NCBI RefSeq assembly: GCF_037042905.1 | Contig: NC_087251.1 | Span: forward strand, 16,184,001 to 16,248,000 | Direction: 5' to 3' | Source: Lytechinus pictus | Taxonomy: Eukaryota | DNA length: 64,000 nucleotides | Part shown: positions 25,901-37,900 of the stretch, piece after piece | Layout of the letters: each line of letters opens with the position of its first letter | Position numbering within the stretch: the first letter of the stretch is position 1 | Translations under genes and position numbers: made by a program | The notes under the pieces: generated by a model | What the model saw: the letters and a program-made list of their open reading frames with translations, nothing else | What the model was told of the DNA's origin: nothing | Databases searched by the model: none

Positions 25901-28900
25901 TATTATGTTTTCTATTGACTTTGTAAATTTCTTTCCTTTACTGTGATTTCAATAAAGTGATATCAAATCAAATCGAAATTAAATTTGTCGTTCAATATTT
26001 AAAGTACTTAACTACTGTTAAAACAGTAAACTGCGTTGTATAAAAAACAGCGTTTTTACTGGTTAAGGAAGTTTTAAATTTTGATATCTTTTTTAAAAAC
26101 AACATAATATAATGTTGCGACAAGGATGAGAAAAAATAAATAAATATCAGCTCATTATATTATGAGCAGATTTTCATTTGCCGTGCTGGTCAATATAGCT
26201 GCCGTGTTGGTCCTTGAGCTGACGTGTTGGTCCGTGTAGCTGACGTGTTGGTCCGTGTAGCTGACGTGTTGATCCGTGTAGCTGACGTGTTGGTCCGTGT
26301 TGGTGACGTGTAGGTCCGTGTTGCTGACGTGTTGGTCCGTGTTGGTCCTTGTAGCTGACGGGTTGGTCCGTGTTGCTGACGTGTTGATCCGTGTAGCTGA
26401 CGTGTTGGTCCGTGTTGCTGACGTGTAGGTCCGTATTGCTGACGTGTAGGTCCGTGTTGACGACGTGCTCTGCCGGCATGGTCCGTGTAGATCCGTGTGA
26501 AGATGCCGTGTAGATGCCGTGTTTACAGTCATCAACGCTTAATCCGGGGCAAAACGATCCCGGACCTCCCCGGATCATGCCGGCGTTGCCGTGTTGATCC
26601 GTGTCTATATGTGACTGGGGCTTTAGTTAAAATAAAAAGCCTCTCATAACGTATGCAATGAACTGGCAAGAACATAGATAGCAATTATTAAAAGATGATG
26701 ATGTAAAATTCACATACAAAGCCTCTCATTTGCAATGAGCTGATGAGAGCATTTCTGCATACTTGTGTGAACAGAACATTAACACTTTTTGTTTGGGTAG
26801 GTTTTTTTGTTCAAGTGACGAAAACAAAATCAGACATCTATTTTTCATCCATTTCACCCACTCACTGATCCATCTGGTGTTCACACACAAAAGAACAATC
26901 ATCATCAATTTCCTTCTCTATACAATGACAAATCCTATCTCCTTCTTCCCCCCAAATTCACTACAATCCTTCTGCCATTGCCCTTTGTGAAGAACCCCTC
27001 TACGGCACATGAGGTATTGATAGATCACACTCCAAACTAACAAGTACCTGCACGTTGTGAGCTAAATCACCTTGGAAGAGCGCAATATGGCCGCCCAAGA
27101 GGTCTTAACAGCCCTCATAGAGCAAGACAAGCCACTCTTGAACGGATGATTTGATACATCACCTCCATTGTCTCATTGTTACATTACATATTATCCCACT
27201 CTTTTATTTTATTTTTTCGTTTTGAAAAACAGACTGAGAACGTTAGTTGGGAATGCAAGTCTGAGGAAAGAAAAGCTCATATTATTAACACTGTAAAAAG
27301 GAACAAAAGGAAAACAAAAAGGCTCTGATGGGTACAGAAGAGACAAAAAAAAGATAAGAAAAACAGAATATAATGGGTAAGACACAGAAGGGAAAAAAAA
27401 GGCTGATTGGTAAAACAGCAGTATCAATGAATGCTACAATCAATGAATGCTACAAGGAATCAAAATCTGGAAGAGAAATCCAAATCTATCACTTAGTTAT
27501 TTTAAATAAAGACCAAAAAAAATCAGAGAAGACATAACAATGTGGAGCGTTGTGGCCCAGTGGATTAGTCTCCGGACTTTGAAACAGAGGGTCGTGGGTT
27601 CAAATCCCAGCCATGGCGTAATTTCCTTCAGCAAGAAACTGATCCACAATGTGCTGCACTCAAACCAGGTGAGGTAAATGGGTACCGGTAGGAAGTAATT
27701 CCTCAAGAAGCTGTGCGCTGTGAACGCCTAGCTTAGCCGGGTAATATAGGAGTGCCTTGAGCACCTAACAAGGTGGATATGTGCGCAATATAAATACCCT
27801 ATATTAACAAAACAAGGTAGGAATTATTTGAAATTAGAATTTCTTTACATACAAGATTTTTTTACTCAGCTGAATAATGATTGTTTAGGACAAATGAGTA
27901 TTTGCTGCAATGCACAACAATCTAAAAAAATGGGTTACTCAGAAGATCTTCTTTTCTCCAAATGAGGACGTACAATCTAATTAAGAAAAAAAATCCCAAC
28001 ATTAATGAAAATGGAAGATGCAGGTTTTGTTGGGTAACATTATACAAAATAATATGTAATACTTTTCTTAAGTTGTATTACCATTTATCAATAAAAAAAG
28101 TATTTACCCCATTTGGGACAAAACTTTTACCAACAAAACTTGTATGTTCCTTATCAACCAAGTTTGGTGAAATCCTTCTATATATTTTCAGAGTGTATTT
28201 CCATATGCTATTAATTGTATGTTTTAATATTGCCCTTGAGTGAAAAGCTGCATAGGAGATCTCTGATAATTCATTTTACTTAAGCAAAAGGCATATTAGG
28301 GCATTTATAAACTACTTAATAGCAATCAGTAACTTAATATCAAATTTGATAACATAAACCTTAGTTTCGTGTTCAATTTCTTAAAATCTTTCACCACTCA
28401 TGTTTTTATTGTCATTTTTTCTTTCTAAAGTAGGATTGCTCTATAAGTACTATTCAATGTTTCTTATAGACCCTAATGAAATGACAGGGCAAAAAGAATC
28501 ACACAGCACATTGTAATTAATGATGAGAATTTTAAAGCCTGTTTGAAGCTTAAATAATGTCTAATAACATGAATTACATTCATTGGACTAAAATTTTTAA
28601 AATTCTAATTTTACAACTTGGTCATTAATCAGATTAGTACTCTCTTTATGATGTTATTTCCTTAAAAGAGCCCTTCAAATATTTACATGGCAGATTTACT
28701 AGTCATTGAATATGGAAAAAACACTACATACAAAGAATGTATTAAAACTTTCCATCTCATTCCATGCTAAAGAGGTGATTACATATCAAAAAGAAATAAT
28801 GAGCAAAAAATTCGGAGTCCTGAATTAGTGAAAGTAGACATTGCAAATGTACACTTAACTCCATTTCTATCGGATTTAGAATCACATTATCTTTTCATTC

Positions 28901-31900
28901 TCATTTCTCATTCTCAATCACTGTATCAAAACATGAAGTTGAATGATTTCCAAATTTACCAAATCTTAATACAGGCTCTAAGGAAATCTCAGTGTTACGT
29001 GCAAATGTTGGTGAAATCAGGGAAGTGTTATATGAAAGGGCATTATGAAATTCTATCTGAGATCACATCTTGATTGTTTGGTTTGCTACATTCAACAGAT
29101 GACCATGATTATTACAAGGTTATGGGCTAATCACCAGTCTTGAATAACAAAATAGGATAAAGTTTTATAACTACCAGGGAAATCTGTGACATAGATTGTT
29201 TACATTTTGAATATACATGTACAAGCAAAAGCACATTGGCCTTGTTTAAGAAAGAGACATTGGGTAAACCTACTAATATTGACCTTTTTGGCTTGGTCCT
29301 TCATTTTGAAGGGTAGTTTTCCTATTTGCAAGAAATTCTGTGACATGGCAAAGTACAGATGCTGCTCTGTTTAAAACATCTGGAGATTTTATTACCTCAG
29401 AACTACTGTAAAATCAAATCATATCACGCTGAGAATCATAAACCACAATATATTTTGTTATTCAAAGGTATGTTCTATGCTTCCCTGTTAATAAAATGAA
29501 AACTGGAATAAGATTGAAATAATAAACCCTACAAGTAGCATTTAATGGCATTTACAAAACAAAACCCTCCTTTTGGGCAGCAGACCAACATGACCAACTT
29601 TCACAGGGGAAAGATAGGGAAAAAATGTAAAGGAAATAGCAAAGGGTGAAAGAAATTAGAGAAAAAGAAAAAATAATTTTGAACCTATGTAAGTAGGCAA
29701 CAAAGTAGGGTGTAATGTATGAGTCTTACCTGTTATATGATTGTCCTCCTTGATTGTAGCCTCCTGAATATACAGAATAGACAGAAAATGAGAAGAGAAG
29801 AGGACAAAGCAAGAGACGGGAAGAGATAGGGAAGAGAGAAAAAAAGAGCAAGGATATAGATATATCGACAAAGAAGAGAGAGAGAGAGAGAGGGGAAAAA
29901 AGATAAAGATAGAGAGAGTGAGAAAAGGAAAAGTTGTTACACATATAAAATCTCCAAATAAAAAAAATGTTATTTGACTGTTATTTGACAATGTAACATT
30001 TCTAAAGCTTTAAAAAAAAATTATATGCATGTCCTCATAATTATGCAATTAGTAAGCTGATGATGTCATGTCCCCACTTATTCTATTGTATATATATATA
30101 TAATAAAAGTTTGTCCAATGAGAATGAAAAAAAATGTATTGACAACTGATTTAATGCAAAAGAATTTTCAATGCTGCAACTAATTTAATCACAAAGGAAA
30201 CACATCTTATACACATGTATAAAAGTATCAAATGATTATTTGACTGTTATTCGACAATGTAAAAACATTTCTAAAGCTTTAAAAAAAAAATTCTATGCAT
30301 GTCCTCATAATTATGCAATTAGCAAGCTGATGTCATGTCCCCACTTATTCTATTGTATAATCAAAGTTTGTCCAATGAGAATGAAAAAAAATGTATTGAC
30401 AACTGATTTAATGCAAAAGAATTTTCAATGCTGCAACTAATTTAATCACAAAGGAAACATATCTTATACACATGTATAAAAGTATCAAATGATTATGATT
30501 TCATGTAATAACATAATAAAGTGGAAAGTGGGGAAATGACATCAGCACACCTAATGAGTATTCATGACATCGATATAACTGTTCATGAAAAATATTGCTA
30601 AACTTTAACTAAACTAAACATCAGCTTTTGATGAAATTTTAGGTGTTTTTCTCATTTAATTGAAACTTCTGATTTAGACATAATTATTTCATGCCCAGAG
30701 TACCCTTATAAGTGAGAGAATACTTTGCATCATGGGCTAGGTAATGAAATATAAATATTTTATCACTGCAGTGGAGGGGTGGGGCGTTGCATTTTTTTAT
30801 TCCAAACTGTATACAATAGTAAATGTACAATTATGTGACCAACATACACATTGACTTCTTTTTCTATCACTAAGTCTAACCTCACTGCCACATGTAGCTC
30901 AATCAAAGGGGATTATACTATGACTAATTTGAAGGGGAAACCCAGCATAGGGAGAGAGAGGGTACAATAATGTGGCTTTGCAGACAGCAAACAGTTTGCC
31001 TTCAAATACTCTGTGAATACAGTTAAAAACCACAAAAGAATAGGAGCAAAGAATCAGAGGTCATTACCACTCGTCCAATAACAATAGGCATCTATTATCC
31101 ATCTCATCACTCAATATAACCGTCTAGCTCCTGGGGCTATCATCTTTGCAATACAATTATTGGGAGTAAGGACAGTTTCTTTTACTGTCTTACTGATTTT
31201 GGAAAGCATTTTTATTTCAATTTATTTTAGTTATATTTTATTTTATTTTATTATAGTTTTATTTTATTTTTTTAATCATTTTTAATTAATTAATTCATTA
31301 TTTATTTATCTATTTATTCATTCATTCATCATTGATTCATTTATTCCTTTTTTTGGGGGGGCTGAATAATTGCTTTTAATTAGGCCAGACTTCATTGCAT
31401 TTTATACAATAGGGGCAAGATTTCATCTCATTTAATTCATTCCTTACATCTGTGTGGTTTATTATCTACAATTTTATAAAAACTTTCATAAAAACAAAGT
31501 CTATTTTATTCCATGATGCCCTTTTCTAACTCCAATTCATAATTGCAATATCTTGTTTGGCAGATGTTTGTCTGTTGGTCTATACTTATTGACAACTATA
31601 AAAGAGTATGGAGTTTGAGAGCTTAGAAACAAACCCAAAGGTTCCTATTATCAACGCTAGCTTCGTCTAGAGAGCATGAAATCCCATTGTTTCCACTTTA
31701 CAATTTTACAACCTATCCTTATTTTTCTCCCACCAATCTTTGTCCAATTCCTGTATCTCTCCCTCTATTACACTTTTTATCACCCTATGAATGCCTTTAA
31801 ACAGCAATAATATTACCGTCATATCTCCTTCAATAATTATGTTAACAATAATTTTGATGTCCTTTCTTTCAAAGTTTACAATCCTTTAACATTTTGCTGT

Positions 31901-34900
31901 TTCCTATCCCATATCTTCTCTCTCTTTCTCTCTGTCTCTCCCTCTCTCTTTCCCCCTCTACAGATTGCAAAACCCCTATAACTTTCTCTTCAGATGGCTG
32001 ATGTACAGGCAGTTACATGTAGGCTACCATCACCACCACCAGCACCCGACCCTCCCTCCACTACCATCATCACCAATCTGTTTACCCCTCTCCACTCCAA
32101 ACAAAGGTTGCTAATTACAAGGGTTTGGTTCTGCCCCCTCACCCCATTCAGGATAGGGGGCTTCCATGGGATCAGCCCATTCATGTCATGGGGGTGGGAG
32201 CAAACACTACCACCCATCAATCAACTTGACTGACAGGTTGACTAACTCTTCTCAGTTCCTCTTCACATCTCTGTAGATACTAGATAGACGTGTCATCATA
32301 GGCTAGTCAGGGGCATGGGACTATCTCCCTGGTCTAGTGTTCCACTGAAGATGCAAGTGCAAATTTCTTGCTTATTGCCCCAATCATTCACTTTTCTCAT
32401 TGTTGTCTGTATACATACATGTACACAATGGGCAAAAACAACAATAACCCTCAATTTACACGTCATTGCTTGGAACATCATTATTCAAGTGAAACCACAT
32501 TAAAGGGGTTATCGAACTGCTTATCATTTTTCGTTAACGTTCAATTGTAATGTATCACCTTAACTATTCTATGACGAAAGTGAAGGCATCCACCCTGTCA
32601 TTACCTCAAACAAGATTTTTTTTTTATCAATAGCACATCTTTACCTAGGTAAAAAAAATGATTTTAGTGGTAAATGAGCAACAACAACAAAAAATGGGAA
32701 CAACACCTAGTGAATTAAATCACTTGAAGAATTGCTATGATATACAAAACACTTTTCTATAGATATTATAACGACTGAATACAGAAGAGTTTTGGCATAC
32801 AAATTTTTTTTCTCAAAATGTACTTTGGTGGAAAGAGTTAATGAGCAGCTTGAATAGAATACAGTAAGATTTTGTTCAATTCAAAATCCACTTTCAAAGA
32901 AAAGAAATGCCACCGGAAGACATTGGAATCTAATTATATCATGTTTAAATCATTGCGGAACTAACAAAATATTATCAAATTTCTACGGAAAGAACTAAAT
33001 TGGCAAGACAGAATCAAACTAAATGATCACGTTTTTATATAAGCCAATCTCAGGAAATTAAATGATGTGAAGAGGGTTGTCTAATTTTGTAAGAAATTGA
33101 AAAAAGGGTAAAAAATAGTGGAAAATACAATTTCAAAGAAATTTATACAAATGCTACAGTTTTCTCATTTCATTTTCTTATAGAAATACAGAGATGAAGA
33201 AAATGATATCATTAGGTGGGTGCCTGTGGCTACCAGACAAAACAATGATATTCTGAACAAATAAAATAGATTTCATAAAACACTTAAAAACATAAGTACA
33301 TGATGGAGAGAGGAAAGGTAATTACAGAAGCTAATCGAAAGGAATACTTCAAATTGAGATTATTCTATGACGAGAGAAAGGCAAGAAACTTTAAAGAAAA
33401 TGCTGCTGAAGGCTAACTTCTAGTAGAAAGAGTTCTCAACATCCAATCATTAATACAATTATGTGACGTCAAAGAAATCCTTCTTAATAACAATAATGAT
33501 AATAAAAACTTTTCATAAAGCATTATGTTAATTTTAATTTAATGCTCAAGGGCAATGCACAAGTACTTTATTTTACTACTTACTGGTAAACTAAGGAAGG
33601 AATAGGGTTTACATAGAGCACTTTTTTAGATACAGAGTGATTTAAAAATAAGAATTCAAGAAATATCTTTTTATATTATCATTGGAATATTAAGAAATAT
33701 CAGGTTTGAGATAGAGAAAAATCATAGAAGAACCTACAAATGAATAACTTCTAAATAGAAAAACATTTTTGACTTTGAACAATTTTGAAGTTACAATCAC
33801 TTAATGAATTTTACATCATTATGAATTATATCATATATGATGCTTTTATTAAAAAAGAAAAGTCTAATGCAGTTTTATTCTTTATCAAGACTTTGCCTAA
33901 ACCTAACACTCAAACCTGTATGCTTCCTGAAATTTGACGGCAAAACTTCTTTCATAACTGATATGCACTGCTTTAAGTAATTTATTAGTACAAATATTCT
34001 AATAGTATTCTAATAGGTAACACTGTGTCATATCAAAACTTTGAAAAGTACTGATATGTTTGTGAATATATTCCATTCTAGTTTTTGGCATAATGTTCTA
34101 TTCCTAAAAATTAACTCATAATTTTTTTTGCCTAACTATACCAATGACACCAATTGGCACTGGCGGAACAGGCATGCAGAATTTCTGGTATTCTGCCTAA
34201 CTCTAATAAACTGATTTCATAGAATGCCCATCTTCCGTCATTCAACCTCCTGAATTCACCTCCTACTACAATGGTAACAATTATTATAATTAATGATAAT
34301 AAATATAAAAATTTTATTACAAATTGAGGTGAAAATGAAGAGTTAGAGATATGAATAAAAAGGAAGGAAGCAAGGGATTGCAAGATAAAAAAATACCTCA
34401 GGAAAATAAAGATTTAAAAAAATTGAAGAAAGCTGGGAGATGGAATAGGGGAAGACAAGGATGTCAAGGAGGAGCATGAAATAAAAAAGGGAGAGACAGA
34501 AAGAGAGAGAGAGAGAAAAAAAGTGAAAGAGGAGCAAAATAAAGGAACTGTCTGAGGGGTGAGAGAAAAGCTAGAAAAGGTAAGTGGGAGGAGATAAAGG
34601 CCTTAAGATGAGTAACTGATGATTGTTACTGAGAAAACAAAACTTTGATACAAGAAAGTAAACAAGTAACAAAAATAAAACAAGACAAAAAAGGTAACCA
34701 GAAGAAAGTGTGAGGGATGAGAGGAGAATCGGAAGATAAACAAGAGTAAGGGGAAAATAAGGAAAGCAAAAAATACTATGCATAAATAGATAGAAAAGAG
34801 ATAAAAGTAATTCTCAGTGAGGGGAAATGAAGAGAATATATCAAGACAGATGGTAATATTGTGCATACCACCCAGTCTTCTTTTGAACCTTCTATTGAAA

Positions 34901-37900
34901 TGACAAGGATCCTTAACCAACAAGGATGGCCCTCGTCTGATCTAAAGAGAAGAATGAAATCAACAGGGTGTTGGGACGCAAGCTTACTCTATCATCCTGG
35001 CTAGTTATTGTTGTCAGTTGAGGGACTAATGTGGAAACAATGGGTGCTTCACACCTGCAAAGGGGCCCCCGATGGGGATCCAAGGGCCCTTGAAGGGCGA
35101 GATGGGAAAGGGAAGCAGGGCGGAACAATGGGCTAGAAATAATGGTGCTATGCATGGGGAGGGGGCAGGTCTTGGAGGCATTATCTAATTGGTCTGATTT
35201 GCTGTATCATGTCAAAACTTCCAATACAATATATCATCCTGAAATGTTTCAACTCACAATTTGCATTTCATGAAAAATTTTAACAGGAAGACAAAACTTA
35301 TTCACAGAATGCACCTGTTTTGACAAAACTCAGCATAAACAGACAATATTTGTATCAGGACTGCATACTGTTTGCCTCGATGGTGTATCTATTCTTAAGA
35401 TATCAACAGTCTATAAAGACTATAGGCAGAGACGTGACCAAAGGGCGTGACGTGACCAAGGGGGGGGGGGGGATACACCTCCTCTTCATTATTCTGAGGG
35501 AGATTGTACCTCCAACTTATATAATACGGGCTGGATTTTTTAAAGCTAAAATTATAAATTCAAACCAATCTTGTAAATATTTCAATTGATTTTGATGGTA
35601 AAATTTCATTTTTTCCATAATTGTTTCCCCAAAATGCTCAGCTCTCTCCCCTTGCTCTCTTGCATAACATAAATCACTCTTTCAGTTTTGGGGCAGTGAA
35701 CTTTGGTGTTTTATCCCCCCCTCCCCACATATAACATAAAATCATTGTTCTTGATCAAGACCACTTTTGTTACTCATCAACAAATTTTGTATTCAGGTGT
35801 ATAGTGAAAGATCCAGAGCTTGATGCTGTATAATGTAGAAAATTATATTAGTAACTGAAGTAATATTCTCATTCCAACCAAGATATATTCATAATGCAAA
35901 ATGGATTGCATTAGGTGAATTCATTATATGATCTGCTTTACCAGCAATGGTAACTGATAGATGTCATAGATATATAGATTAATCATAAATCAATTGTAAA
36001 ACTCTCATATACAGCAGAAGGAATTAGTTTTGATTGTCTTTCAGAATAATCAATGCCCTGGAACATGGCTTTACTTCAAGATAAAACAGATATGTTAATC
36101 ATACATTTACTTTCTTCAACTGTAAAAATGTTCTCCATATATGTTCAGGAAGAAAACGGCAAAAGTTATTCAATCATTAATCAGGGCTATTTTTTTCATT
36201 ATCTCTAGCATTCTTCATACTCCAACACTAAATTAAGAGTTGTTCAGGGACACGAACAGGGGTAATCTATCACTCCAATAACACAAATATGCCCTGCTTG
36301 GAGTGTATTGGTAGGAAATGATTTGATCAAATGCAGTTTCTATTCACAATGAGCATCATTAATCCTTACTCAAGTAGGCAGAATAAACAGAACTTGAGAG
36401 AATAAATCTACTTGCGATTGTCTAGCACTTCAAATCAAAGCTTGTCCATGAATCTTCTCCACATTGGGAGAGGCAAGGAGTCCACCTCATAAGGGTATCT
36501 TAACCATCCGTTGATTCTGCCTTTTTTTTCATATCCCTGATACTGTTAGTTGCTATGGTATTGGCAACGAGAGATGGAAAGGGGTAGCAATTTGGGGTGA
36601 CCCCTTCATGAAAAGTACAGGGTGAAAATAAGACTGAGGAAGGTTGGGTCGTTGCACTATCAACTGTTTTTTGCACATGCATGTCAGCATTCCTGCGGAG
36701 GAAGAAGAGGCGATTGAAGAGGCACTTTGGACTGATTGACAAGTTTCTCCCAATCCCTTGGGCAAACCTTCTTCCCCTTTCAGGCCCCCTTATTTTCTTA
36801 CATTCAGATCTCTCACTGTCTAGCAGTTGACTTGGGTCGGGACGGAGGGGGGGCGTTGGGCTGGGTTCTCTAACTGACCAGCATTGCACTTTGATGACCA
36901 GTCAATGGTCAGAGAAAGAGGATCAAGATGGACATGGGATCATAAGATGGATGTTAAACCCTGGTGTTTGCAGACAACTTGAGTGTAACAATCAAGCCCT
37001 AAATTTTCCACAGGAATGTCCACAGTGCAGGACAAACTGCTTCAATTCCTCTTTTTAGCTACCTGGTGTTTACATACCCAAACAATGAGACAAACAATAC
37101 AACTCATCATGAGTGTCCCCCTTTTAAATAATTGCCATTGCTTTCTTCTACTTCAACAATGCTACACAAACCAAAGCCATCAAAAAAACAGTGTCCCCTC
37201 TAACCAAAGCACACAAACATACAACCAGCTATTAGAGTGAAAGCACTAGGCCACAAAAATAGCTAATCTGTACTCAGCAGAGGCCTTCTATGGCACAGTG
37301 TGTTTCAACTTGGTGGGATATTGGCCATAGTCTCAATAGGGTAAAACTTTCACTAATAGATGAGCGAGACAGAGTTTAAATACGCTGTAGACAGGAAGGT
37401 TTTACTCTGCGTGCAGTAACAAAACAAAAACAAACACAGGATGGTTGATGTGTATCCATTCTTCTCATGCTTTGACCTGACTGGCGTCTTTATCCTAGAG
37501 ACCATTTATAGCATCTTTCTGTCTTTCTAGTATATTAAGAAACAGTTGCATTTCCCGAAAACATTTGGAAAACAAAAAGTGTTTTTGTATTTATGCCATT
37601 GCCTACAGACTGCTTGTCTCCAGTTGAGTTTGACTTCTTTAAAAAGCAAGCCATACAAAAAAGAAAACATTCTTTGGTAATCCCATTTCACCATTTAATA
37701 TCTTTGACGGTGGTCAATTGAAAACCGGCAATTAGTCACCCACACATCCAGATAAGATTTACAGGAACAATTGGCTCTTAATAAGCTCCAAAATGGACAC
37801 TGTAATATCTTATAAGAATGGAATCAAATTGCACCAATACAATTTCCATTATCCTAGCAAGTACTTATGACAGTGCATCTAAATTTAGATTGTCACTATG

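Noticed and set aside
25421..26470. CRISPR-like repeat array
   Set aside because: Head-to-tail repeats without unique spacers, no cas genes, eukaryotic context
25130..26578. ORFs of 60-145 aa with HGPTRQ/CRVGPC/TDQHVS repeats
   Set aside because: Translations of stop-free 21-bp tandem arrays inside a non-autonomous transposon
27544..27615. tRNA-Gln gene
   Set aside because: Continues into a SINE core found in several copies in the window
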